From Octopus sinensis (Eukaryota), in assembly GCF_006345805.1 (NCBI RefSeq), contig NC_042998.1:119226001-119290000 (forward strand): DNA of 64,000 nucleotides. Reading direction: 5' to 3'. Below the pieces are notes generated by a model. The model had not been told where the DNA came from and ran no database searches. It saw only the letters and a list, made by a program, of their open reading frames with translations. Made by a program: the position numbers and the translations under genes. Shown in pieces: positions 38,808-53,725 of the stretch. The first letter of the stretch is position 1; every line of letters begins with the position of its first letter.

Positions 38808-39520
38808 GATAGATAGATAGATGATAGATACTTAGATAAATTGACAAATACAAAGATAGGAGGATAGAAAGAGATAGGTAGGTCTTTAGACTGAACCATA
38901 TATGTGCGTGTATGTGCATGTGTGTATGTGCGTGTTTCAGTACATACACGCACATATATGTATGTATATGTATGTGTGCGTGCGCACTTGTGTGTGCGTG
39001 CGCACTTGTGTGTGCGTATCTATGTATATTTATACATAAACATATATACATACAGGTGTACATATATACACACATACATATAAATAGGTATTTTTATTTA
39101 CAATCACATAATCACATTTGAATACATATTTGTGTGTGCGCTACAATATATATCGATTCTATATGTTCCCCTACCTCTACATGTGAGGAAGTGGTAATGA
39201 TAAAGGAAGGATAAATGCTTTCTCTAGCTACAGGTGCTCATCCATAGAAGTGCTATTTAGCTCATAGCTTTTTTAAAGACATGTTATTAATCATTCCGAT
39301 TGAAACGATTACCAGTGTTCATTTCCATTATTATCTTCATATTCTGATGAAAGCTTCATAATAAAATCAAAAAAAAATCTCTGCTTTTACCCAATTTCAG
39401 TTAAAGGCAGACCCTCGAGTATTGACACGCGAATGAAAAGGTGTGTAACAAAACAACTGCAAATACACGACTTTCGGTAGAGTGTAATGATTGCTATTAC
39501 AACTATTACAACAATAACAG

Positions 39521-39745
<225 letters not shown>

Positions 39746-40568
39746 TCTTTGTTTATTGGACACAAATGCTCGAAGCGATACATTACAATACGCAACTTAC
39801 ACTGAGAGTGCCAGAGAAAGAAAAGATAACGTAAGATATGAAAAAAGCACATTTACAAATTTCAGAGCGAGTGGGCAAGAGTCGTTACAAAATATATGGA
39901 AAGCGTAGTATTAAGAATTTTGAAGGGACAGATGCGCCCACACATATATATGTATACATATACACATGTGTGGGAAGGGACATGTGGTCGTGTATGTGTG
40001 GTGGGAGGGGTGTTTGGGTGTGTGGGTGTGTGAGTGTGAGTGTGTGGTGGCGGTGGTGGTGGTGGTGGTGTGTGTATATAAGTGTGTGTGTGTGTGTGTT
40101 TAAATTTTTGAGTAAGAAACAGCTCTAAGAATACAAAAATTATTGATGTCATATGAGTTTTATTTAAATGCTTTTCGGCTGCAGTATTTTGTCTTGGGAA
40201 AGTCCCTTTAAGACGACGAGTTAAAAAAAAAAAACAGTATACCTCAAATCCAGGCGAAACGAATCGCCCCGTAGGTAAATGAGATCGGTCGATATCGATA
40301 CCCCGCTGTTATTTCAACTCATAGGCACCATATACTCAAGTTACCCTCGAAACGAATTCGAATAGGTGGTCTGAGGTTTATATATAGAAAGCGTAAAATT
40401 TATCTGCTGAATAAGTAAAATAAAATTAAATTTTGAGATACAAGTATCTCTAATAATGCAAACATTATTAATGTTACATACTTAATATAGTTTTTTTTTA
40501 AACGCTTTTCGGCTACCATATTTCGTTCCGGGAAAGTTCCTTTTAAGATGTCGTCTTTTAATGAACAG

Positions 40569-40625
<57 letters not shown>

Positions 40626-40636
40626 ATATATATATT

Positions 40637-40678
<42 letters not shown>

Positions 40679-40691
40679 TATATGTATGTAT

Positions 40692-41095
40692 ATTCTTTTA
40701 CTTGCTTCAGTCATTTGACTGTGGCCATGCTGAAGCAGCGTATTGAGGGGTTTTAGTCGAACAAATCGACCCCAGGACTTATTTTTTAAGCCTACCACTT
40801 ATTCTATTTTTGTCTTTAACTGAACTACTAAGTTACGGGGGCGTACACATACCGACAACGGTTGTAAAGCAGTGATGGGGGTGGACAAACACAGAAACAA
40901 AGACACCCACTCATAAATGTATACATATACGACAGACTTCTTTCAGATTCCGTTCACCAAATCCAATCACAAGTTTTGGGACGGCCTGAGGCTATAGTAG
41001 AAGACACTCGCCCATTGTGCCACGCAGTGGAACTGAACCCGGAACCAAGTAGTTAGGAAGCAAGCTTCTTACCACACAGCCACACCTGCACCTAT
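40692..41095 (-). mobile_element. Full-length SINE-A
   Basis: Reverse complement of the family A head, body and tail. Confidence 0.9.
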
Positions 41096-41103
41096 ATATA
41101 TAG

Positions 41104-42390
41104 AAGTTCCGACCAACGTAGCTAGGGTCTTCCTGCCGCTATTTCAGAAACACTTCCCCAGAGGTCATATGTATTACAAACACTTCAACCTCATAATGTC
41201 AAGATGAGCTACTCCTGCTTAGACAACATTGCATCTAATATCGCACGCATCAATAGACGTAAAACTGCACTGCCCCATCCTCAGCTCCAACCTGCAACCT
41301 CAGAAACCCCACCACGTACCTTCTAGAAGAATCTGGCCTCTCAAGGGCCGTAGTATACAGAGCCACTCTTAGACCATCCGATGGTATTACTAGGCACTAT
41401 ACAAGTATGACAGCTAATGACTTCAAGGGAAGATACTCCAAGCATATGCATTCGTTCAGATCTAGGACAGAAAGAACTCTACTTCCCTGTCTCGTTCTCT
41501 CTGGAGACTCCGTGATCTCCGAGATGAAACACCCAGCATCAAGTGGACTATTGCGACAGAGCCCCACCATATTCAAGCGGCACCCCCAACTGCCAGCTCT
41601 GCCTCCGCGAAAAACCGCATATTCTCCAACAACCCGCAGTATCCATCATCAAGAAATACGATTTATCTTATTTCTGTCACCAGTGGTATGCACTTCTGGC
41701 AAATTTCAGGGCACTGACTGCCGACAACCCGGATATACCACATTAGCACCAGTTGCTACGCAGCACCGCCTGCACCAAGTTCACCGCTACCAACCAACCC
41801 ATGAGCAGGTCTACCAATTACCAATCCCCAATGCTTACCAATTCCCAACGCTTACTAATCCCCAACGCTTGTTTTGTATACTCACGCAGTGTGCATGTGC
41901 GCGTATGCGCGTGTAGGTGTGTACTGTGTGCATGTGCGTGTTCGTTCATGTGTATGGTGTGTGTGCGTGAGGACGTGCACGTACCCGCATATGTACAGAT
42001 GCGCACGCTCACATCAATACACACATGAACACAAAGCCATATGAGCGCGTCTATATACCCACATATACAACTATATACTTATAAATATCGGCCTCTTCCT
42101 ACTTTCCCTCCAACAACTTGACCGATTTCCTAACTGCTACGTGGTCTATTTCCTGTCTTCGACGCGGTCAATTTCCTGTTCACCATGTGGTATTTTCCAA
42201 CTAACTCATACCCATATACCAACATCAAACTACGACACCGCGTGACCTTCCTCGACAAATAGAAGCCCACTTTACGGTAATAACAACCAATTTGGGATCA
42301 ACTGACCTGTTTCACAATTTTACTGTTACAGTAAAATTGTGAAACAGGTCAGTTGATCCCAAATTCTTTGTAAACTAAATATATCTCTAT
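41104..42390 (+). mobile_element. Penelope-like element of a second lineage (RT-EN linker, GIY-YIG, 3' region), decayed and 5'-truncated in (TA)n
   Basis: PTNVARVFL..QKHFPRGH..VKMSYSCLDNIAS, VVYRATL..RHYTSMTANDFKGRYSKHMHSFR, DRAPPYSSGTPNCQLCLREK; terminal HHR remnant at 42289-42365. Confidence 0.88.
42289..42365. repeat. Perfect palindrome, 38-bp arms with a 1-nt spacer
   Basis: aatttgggatcaactgacctgtttcacaattttactgt-t-acagtaaaattgtgaaacaggtcagttgatcccaaatt. Confidence 0.98.
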
Positions 42391-42742
42391 ATATATTACT
42401 ACCAAAATATGACCTTTTTGAACTTATAATTTTCTGTGTGTATATATAGATACTTCCAAACAAACATGATTTTTAATGAAATCCTAACAGGTTTTATGAA
42501 CTTGTAAATAATTTCTCAAAAAAATATTTTCTGTAAACTGTTTTTAACATCTTATTATTATCAAAGAATGTATATAAGTATTGCAACTTTTTGTGTCCAA
42601 TATTTTAATGAACTTTTTTATATTTTCCCAAGATTTTTCCTTGTAAACTGTTTTAACATGTTCTTATTATTATCAAAGAATGTATATATGTATTGTAAAT
42701 TTTTTTGACAACCAGTACCTAACACAACAAAGCTTTTACATG

Positions 42743-42788
42743 TTACTTTTGACAATCTTTCTCTAAAAATGTGAAACCGGTCAAGTAA
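42743..42788 (+). ncRNA. Fossil hammerhead motif in a PLE-type terminal fragment ending at (TA)n (42828)
   Basis: ttactt-TTGACAA-...-GAAAC-cg-GTC-aagtaa: perfect 6-bp stem I; core is two transitions from CTGACGA. A roughly 70-bp direct repeat lies upstream (42527-42596 / 42637-42707). Confidence 0.55.
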
Positions 42789-42823
42789 ATAAACATCGTT
42801 TAAAATTGCATTTTCAAGCCTTC

Positions 42824-42892
<69 letters not shown>

Positions 42893-42895
<3 letters not shown>

Positions 42896-43060
42896 GGCGT
42901 GTAGGCATGGCTGTGTGGTAAGAATCTTGCTTCCCAACCACATGATTCCGGTTCAGTCGTACAGCGTGGCACCTTTGGCAAGTGTCTTGTACTATAGCCT
43001 CGGGCCGACCAATGATTTGTGAGTGGATTTGATTGATGGTAACTGAAAGAGGTCCGTCGA
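42893..43060 (+). mobile_element. SINE-A 5' half, ending at the Tc1 terminus
   Basis: Family A head and CORE-like block up to the internal TA tract. Confidence 0.9.
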
Positions 43061-43065
43061 ATATA

Positions 43066-44045
43066 TAGAGGAGTTGGACAGAATAATAGAAACACCTTAA
43101 AATTTCAAACAAATATATTTTAATATGGAGTACGACTGCCTTTGGTGGTAATTACAGCTTGAATTCTTCGAGGTATGGACTCGTACAAAGTTTGAATTGT
43201 TTCCAAAGGAATTTTTGTCCATTCTTCAACTAAAACAGTCTCCAGTTCCTGTAGAGATGATGGTGGAGGATATCGACTCCTTACATGTTTTTCTAAAATG
43301 CACTATAAATGCTCAATAACATTGAGATCTGGGGACTGTGGTGACTAGATAAGATGTTCAACTTCACTAGAAAGTTCCTTGTGCCATTCAGTAACATCTT
43401 TAGCTGTATAAATTGGTGCTTTATCATCCTGAAAGATTGTATTTCCTTCGGTAAAAAGTTCCGGAACCACAGGATGAAATTGATCAGATAAAATGCTTAA
43501 ATAGTTTTGACTTTTAATTCTACCATGAAGGGAAACCATTGGGCCGGCGGATTTCCAAGGTATAGTCCCCCCCTCCCAGATCATCACAGATCCTCCTACA
43601 TGTTTGACAGTTGGAAGAAGACAATCTGAGTCAAATGCTTCTTTTGGCTGTCTCCACACGTTTACTCGGCCGGTGGTCGGAAATAAGGTAAAGGATGACT
43701 CGTCCAAGAAATTAACATTATTCCATTGCTCCAGGGACAACTTCTGTAGGTTTTTACTCCACTCTAAACGCTTTGTAACGTTTGTTTTTGAAAGTAGTGA
43801 TTTTCTGATTGTAGCCCTCCTGTGAAATCTGACTTTGTGCAGCTCCCAGCGAACAGTATTTGTGGAAACTGGGTTCTTGAGGTGTTCATTAAGCTCTGCA
43901 GTAATTTTGGGATCCTTTCTAACAATTCGCATAAGAATCCGACGGTCCCAATCTTAAAGTTTTGGTTTTCTTCCAGAGTTCTTTTTTTTTTTTCAACGAG
44001 GAGGTTTTTCCCTCTTTCTCAAAGGCTGTCATTACTTTCGAGACA
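43066..44045 (-). mobile_element. Tc1-like DNA transposon, decayed, DD36E spacing, one TIR retained
   Basis: VNFLDESSF..RVNVWR..TVKHVGGSVMIW..FQDDKAP..*SPQSPDLNVIEH; terminal tagaggagttggacagaataatagaaacacc next to TA. Confidence 0.93.
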
Positions 44046-44082
44046 GTACTTCTTGATAAATAATAGTTATGCATATATATAT

Positions 44083-44193
44083 ATCGTGAAGTATATTTGC
44101 CACTTAAACTTAAATGTGGCTAGCCCCCTTAAGGGTGGATGCTACTGTAGCTTAAGGGTTAGCCACATTTAAATGGCAAATATACTTCACGAT
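44083..44193. repeat. Imperfect fold-back (about 43-bp stem)
   Basis: atcgtgaagtatatttgcca..ttaaatgtggcta.ccc.ttaag pairs with cttaagggttagccacatttaaatggcaaatatacttcacgat. Confidence 0.9.
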
Positions 44194-44239
44194 GTCGTGC
44201 AGCTACTGTTTATACCTCGCTCAGAGATTTATTATTGCT

Positions 44240-44320
<81 letters not shown>

Positions 44321-44410
44321 AACATAGTTTATATTCATTTAAAGGAAGAAGAAAATTTGGAGATTGGAAAGTTAATAACTGTTTATTATTAACAGCAAAT
44401 TAATCATCTT

Positions 44411-44486
44411 CACTTACAACTGTTTCAATTAATACTCAGTAATTATTTAATTTTTATCTACACGACCTGAGCATATCTTCAGAGGA
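44411..44486 (-). ncRNA. Hammerhead-like motif with an extended stem II, in a fragment of about 200 bp between microsatellites
   Basis: cct-CTGAAGA-t-ATGCTCAG-[AT-rich loop]-CTGAGTAT-taatt-GAAA-cagttg-TA-agtg. Confidence 0.6.
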
Positions 44487-44534
44487 AAAAGATATAACCT
44501 TAACTTCTAAACCTCCGTTTTCTTTTTCTTCTTT

Positions 44535-44658
<124 letters not shown>

Positions 44659-44738
44659 CGTATATATATATATATACGTATGCAACAGGTTGTACTGGGT
44701 TACATGTTACCAGTAGCACTCGAAGGTGACCTGACATA

Positions 44739-44813
<75 letters not shown>

Positions 44814-44824
44814 TGTGTGTGTAT

Positions 44825-44992
44825 TACTCTTTTACTCTTTTACACGTTTCAGTAATTTGACTGTATCCATCCAGTAGCACCACCTTTAGGGGAAGAAATC
44901 GACTCCAGGACTTATTCTTTGTAAACCTAGTACTTATTCTATCGGACTTTTTTGCCGAACCGCTAAGTTACGGGGACATAAACATACCAGCA
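44825..44992 (-). mobile_element. SINE-A 3' half
   Basis: tttcagtaatttgactg...gccgaaccgctaagttacggggac. Confidence 0.85.
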
Positions 44993-45280
44993 TTTTAAAG
45001 TTCAACATAATGTCCTAATTGTCATTCTAACTTCTGGTAGTCCGTAACACAAAAGATGTGTAATTCTAACTGCTTGATTTTCTTAGAATGTCATCCACCG
45101 GAAAATTTCTCCACTGCTTTCCCGTAGAGAGATTTCGTTGTTTAGCAGGAATTGTTCCTCTTTACCTGTTTTGGTTATTCTATGTTGTGACATTGTTGTG
45201 TAATTTGTTTCCTCTTTTTTCTTTCGTACTTTAATTTATAAATAGTTCCTAGTCATCGCACGGTAAAGGTGAGATAATAA

Positions 45281-45695
45281 AGGCGGCGAGCTGGCAGAAT
45301 CGTTAGCACGCCGGGCAAAATGCTTTGCGGTATTTCGTCTGTCGTTACGTTGTGAGTTCAAATTCCACCGAGGTCGACTTTGCCTTTCATCCTTTCGGGG
45401 TCGATAAATTAAGTACCAGTTACGCACTGGGGTCGATGTAATCGACTTAATACCTATGTCTGTCCTTGTTTGTCCCCTCTATGTTTAGCCCCTTGTGGGT
45501 AATAAAGAAATAGGTATTTCCTCTGCCGTTACGTTCTGAGTTGAAATTCCGCCGAGGTCGACTTTGCCTTTCATCCTTTCGGGGTCGATTAAATAAGTAC
45601 CAGTTGCGCACTGGGGTCGATATAATCGACTTAATCCGCTTGTCTGTCCGTGTTTGTCCCCTCTATGTTTAGCCCTTTGTGCGCAATAAAGAATT
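45281..45695 (+). mobile_element. SINE-B head-body-tail-body-tail dimer with Tx1-type tails
   Basis: Unit 1 at 45281-45512; unit 2 starts headless at ggtatttc (45513); aataaaggcg is repeated at 45276-45285 and 45700-45709 (candidate TSD). Confidence 0.93.
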
Positions 45696-46931
45696 AAAAA
45701 ATAAAGGCGATACTATTCGGAGACGAAGTTTTTCCTCATCTATTTGTGATATTGTACTTGAAGAAATATCTTCAGAGCTTTGACTGCAGGTACTCTGGCA
45801 GGTGTACTTTATTTTGGCAAATAATACCAAGCCTTTTATTCCGTATCATTGATCCATACCCTTTTATCTCAGTGCCTTCTTCTGGGTATTGCACTGTAAC
45901 TTTCCGGTGTCATCAGGATGTGCAAGTTCAATGTGACGTTTCCCATCAACGGGTCACCATTCGTTGACTATTATACCATATTGCCTCACAAAACCACAAC
46001 TAGATATGGGTCTACACCGTATCCATTGTCTATTATTGCGACTTTTTGTTATTAATTTTTTTCACCCATTTACTAGAGCACAAATGTATAATCAGTATTA
46101 TGTCTTACAATTTCAGTATGTGTTTTGGCTACGTTTTCAATTTCATAGGTACAGAAAATAGTGCGTTTTTCAGTTAACATAATTTCTTCGTAGATGTACT
46201 GGGGGTAGAGGTGTTGGACTAAGTGACGTAAGAGGAAATTTAATCCGCCTCTGTCTTTTCGTATATATAGATATACAACCCTTCTCTTAGGCTTCTTTAT
46301 CTCCAATGCCAAAACATTATTCTCACTTTTACATCTACCTTTTTCTTATAACTGTGGTAGGTTCAAAATTTCTTATTGGTCATTCTTTTCTCGCACAGCC
46401 GCTGTATGGACGGGCTATTGTATCTGAAATCGCGTAAGAATTGCAACCGCATGTGTTACTGACGCTGTGTCTTGTCTTCAAAAGGACTTCATACAGTGCT
46501 GAGGCTATTCTTCTACTAATTATTGTCTAAAATGGTCATTTTCTTCTTCTTGTACATTTATTTGCGCAGTTTAATTTCAAGTTGCTTTTTTTAGCCATTG
46601 TAGTGCTGTATCGTGTCATTATCCTGTGGTCGCCATTTTGGATGTGAAAATAAAATTTTAAAAGTTTGTGAAAAAAAACCTTTCTGTTCTGTTTTATACC
46701 AGCAGGTATTGAGGTCAACCCTTCTTAGACATTAATAATTCCTTTTACCTGAAGCCTATAGTAAATTCCAACTGGTAATGCTTGAAAAGAACAGATATCT
46801 TAGTATCGCAAGCAGCCGATAGCAAGGCCGCTATGCATGTATAATTCCAGGAGTTCCAACAAAACCTAATTTGCAAAGAGAAGAAGACGAAGAAGAAGAA
46901 GAAGAAGAAGAAGAAGAAGAAGAAGAAGAAG

Positions 46932-46967
<36 letters not shown>

Positions 46968-47101
46968 AAGTTGTAGTAGTAGTAGTTAGGGTTAGGGTTA
47001 GTCAAAGCCGACCTAGGCGAAATTCGAGTCAATGCAAAGAGCCGGAAAAATGCAGGTAAACATTTTGTCCGACTCCCTAACTATACTGCTTGCTTGCGGT
47101 C

Positions 47102-47155
<54 letters not shown>

Positions 47156-47204
47156 GTAATAATAATAAGATGATGATGATGATGACGATGATGATGATCA
47201 TGAT

Positions 47205-48970
<1,766 letters not shown>

Positions 48971-48977
48971 CAGCAGC

Positions 48978-49125
<148 letters not shown>

Positions 49126-49680
49126 CATGCCCTGAAGCAGTACAAGGCAGTGGCGCTCATAGCTTTTGATCTTAACTGATTCGAAGTGTTATCATGTACG
49201 TTTGTCCTGGTATAAAAGATTGGCTACAGCAAATAATCTGCTCAATAACACAGATTTGCTTGTCAGTTGCTTGACCATAACCAACTGAGCATTTCCCTTC
49301 GTGGCCAACGATATGTGCATCTTTGATCATGAGCAGAAGTAGTGTGGCAGCATCGTGGCCATGTGTTGAGAGGGATTCTTTGGGGTTTGAATAATTCACC
49401 TCTGGAAACATGGGTTTTTCGTTCATCGTCCTTAAACAAACCTTACAACAGGGACCTTTCAAGCGAGATGGGTCACTTGACCTAAAGAAAATTCTAACTG
49501 AACCCCATCTGCAAGGTCATGCGCTGTTTATCTTGATATGAAGTCACCATGTCACACACATATGGTTATGATATTTATACCTGGTGTACCCTAGCCAAAT
49601 GGATAATCATGATGGGTATATTGGGCTTCGTGTATTTGTAACCTAGTGTCACTTTGATGGCGTGCATTGCTCTCTCACTG
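49126..49680 (+). mobile_element. Second copy of repeat family E
   Basis: Collinear with 26464-27020; preceded by (TAA)n(TAG)n(CAG)n and followed by aataat. Confidence 0.85.
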
Positions 49681-49713
49681 AATAATAATAATAGTGTTAT
49701 TCCAGGCTACATT

Positions 49714-49744
<31 letters not shown>

Positions 49745-49794
49745 TTAAATAAAAAGAGTCAAGATTGAGTACGTTTAGACAACTATTTAATAAA

Positions 49795-49896
49795 CACTAT
49801 ACAAGCTTCAATACAACATAGATCCACACATACACAAGATTTAAATTAAGCAACGGTTTACCTGTATAATCGGATCCAGTTGTATCTCCTCAAGTG
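49795..49896 (-). ncRNA. Degenerate hammerhead-like motif with a long stem II, in a fragment of about 290 bp flanked by (TA)n
   Basis: cac-TTGAGGA-g-ATACAAC-TGGATCC-[loop]-GGATCTA-t-GTTGTAT-t-GAAGC-tt-GTA-tagtg. Confidence 0.5.
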
Positions 49897-50121
49897 ATAT
49901 ATAATCGCTGTTCCCGTTAGTAAATCATTGACGTTGATGCTAACATATCCAACTGGCTCTTTTGAATCTGAACCTAGACTTGAAAGTATACCGTATATTA
50001 CCGTACTCTAATACGTTCCTAACAGAATACACCTCATATATATATATATATACATATATAGGCATATGTACATACTCTCATATGTATGTAAATGTATATA
50101 TATGTATATATATATATTTAT

Positions 50122-50203
<82 letters not shown>

Positions 50204-50204
50204 G

Positions 50205-50252
<48 letters not shown>

Positions 50253-50254
50253 CA

Positions 50255-50620
50255 TATGGGTACAGGACGTTACAAAACGTAAACAACATGAATTACGTAG
50301 GCAAACTTGGGTATGCGAACAAAGAGAGAAACAAATGGAAAACAAGATAAGTAACATAAAGGACGACCCTTCATCAGTTGTCGGTTGTTCATCTACTCCA
50401 CATTTCGAGGAATTAGCGACAATATGAGGCTTCAGAAAACTGTTGCTCCCGCGAAACAATATAAGATTTGGGATTTGCAGAGGGTCAAAGTTGGTAACAA
50501 AAACAGAACAGTGGAGACATACAACAAACCAAACGAAAACAAACATGGAGGGCCGTTAGGCCAGACGAGGTAAGTTATCGAACGCTTAGAACAGTATAAA
50601 AATAGAAAGCTATTCTACGT
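50255..50620 (-). repeat. Non-coding segment ending in a microsatellite; possible PLE terminal fragment
   Basis: Pyrimidine-rich minus strand with ctgaagc..cgaaatg and ctgatgaaggg motifs; ends at (TACA)/(CA)n. Confidence 0.4.
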
Positions 50621-52412
50621 CACATTAAACTTTCCGATGGACTGTATGCACATCGGAAAGTTTAAAGGCGATAATTCACGGTGAAGAACTCATCAACACC
50701 CAGGAGTAATCGTTTAAAGAAACATTTTGTTTTCAAGGGATGGTAACAGAATCCATAATAAACCCCTGCTTCCCTTCGTTAAAACTTTAGATTTTCAATG
50801 ACAAATTTTGCAATTCTCACTCCATATCACAATTACATATTCAACCAATTTGTAATTCAAATGCAACCGCGGAGAGAAATGTTGGAAAGATCGAAGTTAT
50901 AATTTTTCTAGTGTAAACACAAGAAAATGTTTCTTCTCTCGTATTTAAGATTTTTGTAAGTACGTTTAATATTTTCCTCCCCTCAGTTACACATAAAATA
51001 TTATTAGTGTCTCGAACGGTATATCACTTTTCATTTGAAGTTACACTTAATTTTATTGATGGGATTTTTCATCTGTTTTTAGGTACCAAATATAATTTGA
51101 TACTGAAGTAGAATTTACTCCAACATCTATATAGGAATAAAGGATATTCTATGCCTATTTGATTTTTAAAATGTTCCAGTTAACTCGTTAAGTCTTTATT
51201 TTTTCTGATTTTGCTTCTACAGGTTTTACGTCAGCTCTTTGTGATAGTTCCTTCGACAAGCAGTTTTGTTAAACAGTGTGGTAGGACTTTGTTATATTTC
51301 TTATATTTCGATATTTGCATTCCGGTTGAGCTGAATGTGCAACGTTTGAGGTTTTGATAAAATTTGTAGATTTATTATCTATAAAACAGAAATAAATGTA
51401 GCTGACTTTCAACGAGTTTACTTGCGGTATAGCTATGCAACATCTGTGTGTGTGTGTATTCTTGGTTATCAGTTAGGATATACTTACCGAGTTGCTTTAT
51501 TGCAATCCTCATGATACTATTTAATTCATGTATTTAGAGTTGATCCATGGACATACTTCAACGCTTACTGCTTAGTAGGTTCTGTCGAATGCATAGGATA
51601 CGACATTTAAAGTCTATTTGAATCAATGTTAATATCTGTTACTTTGCTTTCGATCTATGTAGAGGAAGTCATAGATACGGACAATTCTGGAATTTATTGG
51701 TAGTTTGGAGGGTTTTAATGTATATGGCCCAGATCTCATCTACTATCCAATCGAATAACCAAAATATTTGCATGACTAGTAGTATAGTAAACACACTGTG
51801 ACACATTGATTTATTGTACATAGAGATTTTCTGGAACTATATAGGTTTTATCTAAATGCAATAGCCTCTGGTTATGTGAACTTTATTACAAGTGCCATCA
51901 TAGGATATATTTTTATCCTGTTATCTTTAATTTTCTTCCTCGGATACCGAAGACATAGTAATGTATTAACAGAGATGTTGTTAGAGTGGCCTGTAGTTTC
52001 TCTTCATTCTTCAATCGAGTAGGAATATTTATCTTTATCAAAATCCATCCTCATGTCAACTGAGAATGTAGTCACCAAGTAAAAGCTTTTTATTCATATT
52101 ATTCCTGTTTTTTTGTTTTTTTGTTTTGCTTTTATATATACATAGTTTAAGGTCATGTACAAGGAAGCTCTGTGTTAAATAATATTTTTCCCTTCCATTG
52201 AGTCTTGCATATTTATACCCTTCAAATTTCTCAACAAAAAATATCAAGAGTTCACTGCATTATAAACTTACATTATAAATCTACAGTCTCTTTGTGAATG
52301 TACGGTCTCTGTGATATTTTATCCTTTCAGAGACAATAGAATCACGCCCTCTGTCAAATTTTATGTGATATGTGATAAAGCCTCGTTGTCCCTGGCTTTG
52401 ATTATAGTATCT

Positions 52413-52724
52413 ATTGTTGTTTTGTTTGTTCCTTCTCGAGCCATGCCTGGCTCATAGGGCCGTTTCCCGGTTTCCTTGGCATATAGGTTCTCCACCTGGA
52501 CGGAACGCTGGTCCGTCGCAGGGGAGCTGCAAAATGCAGGAGGAAAGAGTAAGAGAAAGTTGTGGCGAAAGAGTCAGCAGAAGTTCGCCAATACCTTCTG
52601 CCGGAGCTGCGTGGAGCTTAGGTGTTTCACTCATAAATACACACATCATCCGGTCTGAGATTCGAACCCGTGATCCCTCGACCGCGAGTCCGCTGCTCTA
52701 ACCACTAGGCCATTTGCCTCCACG
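52413..52724 (-). mobile_element. tRNA-derived SINE family C
   Basis: Head ggaggcaaatggcctagtggttagagcagcggactcgcggtcg..gggttcgaatc (clear A and B boxes); ctgcgacggaccagcgttccgtccagg block; (AAC)-rich tail. Confidence 0.9.
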
Positions 52725-53480
52725 ATTATCGTGTCTGGAACTTTGAAAGTCAAATCCACGAGTGGTGAAAGTAACAGAATACCCTCAAACTGACCCATAG
52801 GCAGTTACATCTCGGACATCACAATTTTAATGATTAAGAACTGCTCAGTACATCCCAGACACCGTTCTTTCTAGATGCTTTTTGGTGTAATAATAGTAAT
52901 TTCCCCCTTTAAGAAAAAAAATCAAGTGCCCATGATTCAAAAATATCCCAAATATATAGGGAGACCTTCTTTCTTTCAGTCTAAAGGACTCGAAAGTTGT
53001 ATCAATGATTAAGGAAAGAAGAAAGAAAGGAAAAAGGACGAACAGCGGTAGCCATCAACGACTAATTGAAGTGTCGATATTTTCAATTTCATTTTTTTGT
53101 CTTAAAGGGGAAAATGACTATTTTATTTGTAATCATCATCTTAATCAAATGTCAGGAAAACCAATTTTGAGTTTTAGTATAATATAGATTATAGGTTATT
53201 CCTCAGGTGTAGTACTTGCATTTTTTAGTCTATTTAAATTTATCTTTAATATTTTGTGAAGGTCTGCTAGACAACTGTTTCTACTACCCAGCACATTTTG
53301 GATCCCATATGATTAAGTGTGGTCTGCTAAGCTTACATTTTACAGTTGTATATACAGGAAAACAAGAATATTCTACCAGCATTTATCAGATTGTATGCTC
53401 TTTACATCATTGTAACGTCTTGATTTTTGGTCTTCAGGATTATCCTTTCTATGGATTGCAGTAGGTCACTACCTTATGTA

Positions 53481-53725
53481 GAGGCACATGGCTTAGTGGT
53501 TAGGGCATTAGACTCGTGATCGTAAGATTGAGATTTCTATTTCTGGGCCGAACGACGGGTTCTGTTGTTGAGGGAACCACTTCATTTCACGTTGCTCTAG
53601 TTCAATCAGCTGGTAACAATGCGTAATCCTGCGACGAACCGGCGTCCCATCCAGGCGGGGTATATATTTGCTATGGTAACCGGGAAACCGTACCTATAGG
53701 TCTATATGACTTGAGAAGAAAATTT
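53481..53725 (+). mobile_element. Older relative of SINE-C
   Basis: gaggcacatggcttagtggttaggg..; ctgcgacgaaccggcgtcccatccagg; aaccgggaaac tail shared with 52413-52724. Confidence 0.8.

Noticed and set aside
46986-47001. TTAGGG x2.7 as an interstitial telomere or telomere-targeted insertion
   Set aside because: Too short, and contiguous with a (TAG)n tract from which it could arise.
51200-52100. Possible very old retroelement ORF
   Set aside because: I could not recover any diagnostic motif by eye.
52650-52724. Functional tRNA gene
   Set aside because: A and B boxes continue into a SINE body and tail; no intact acceptor stem.
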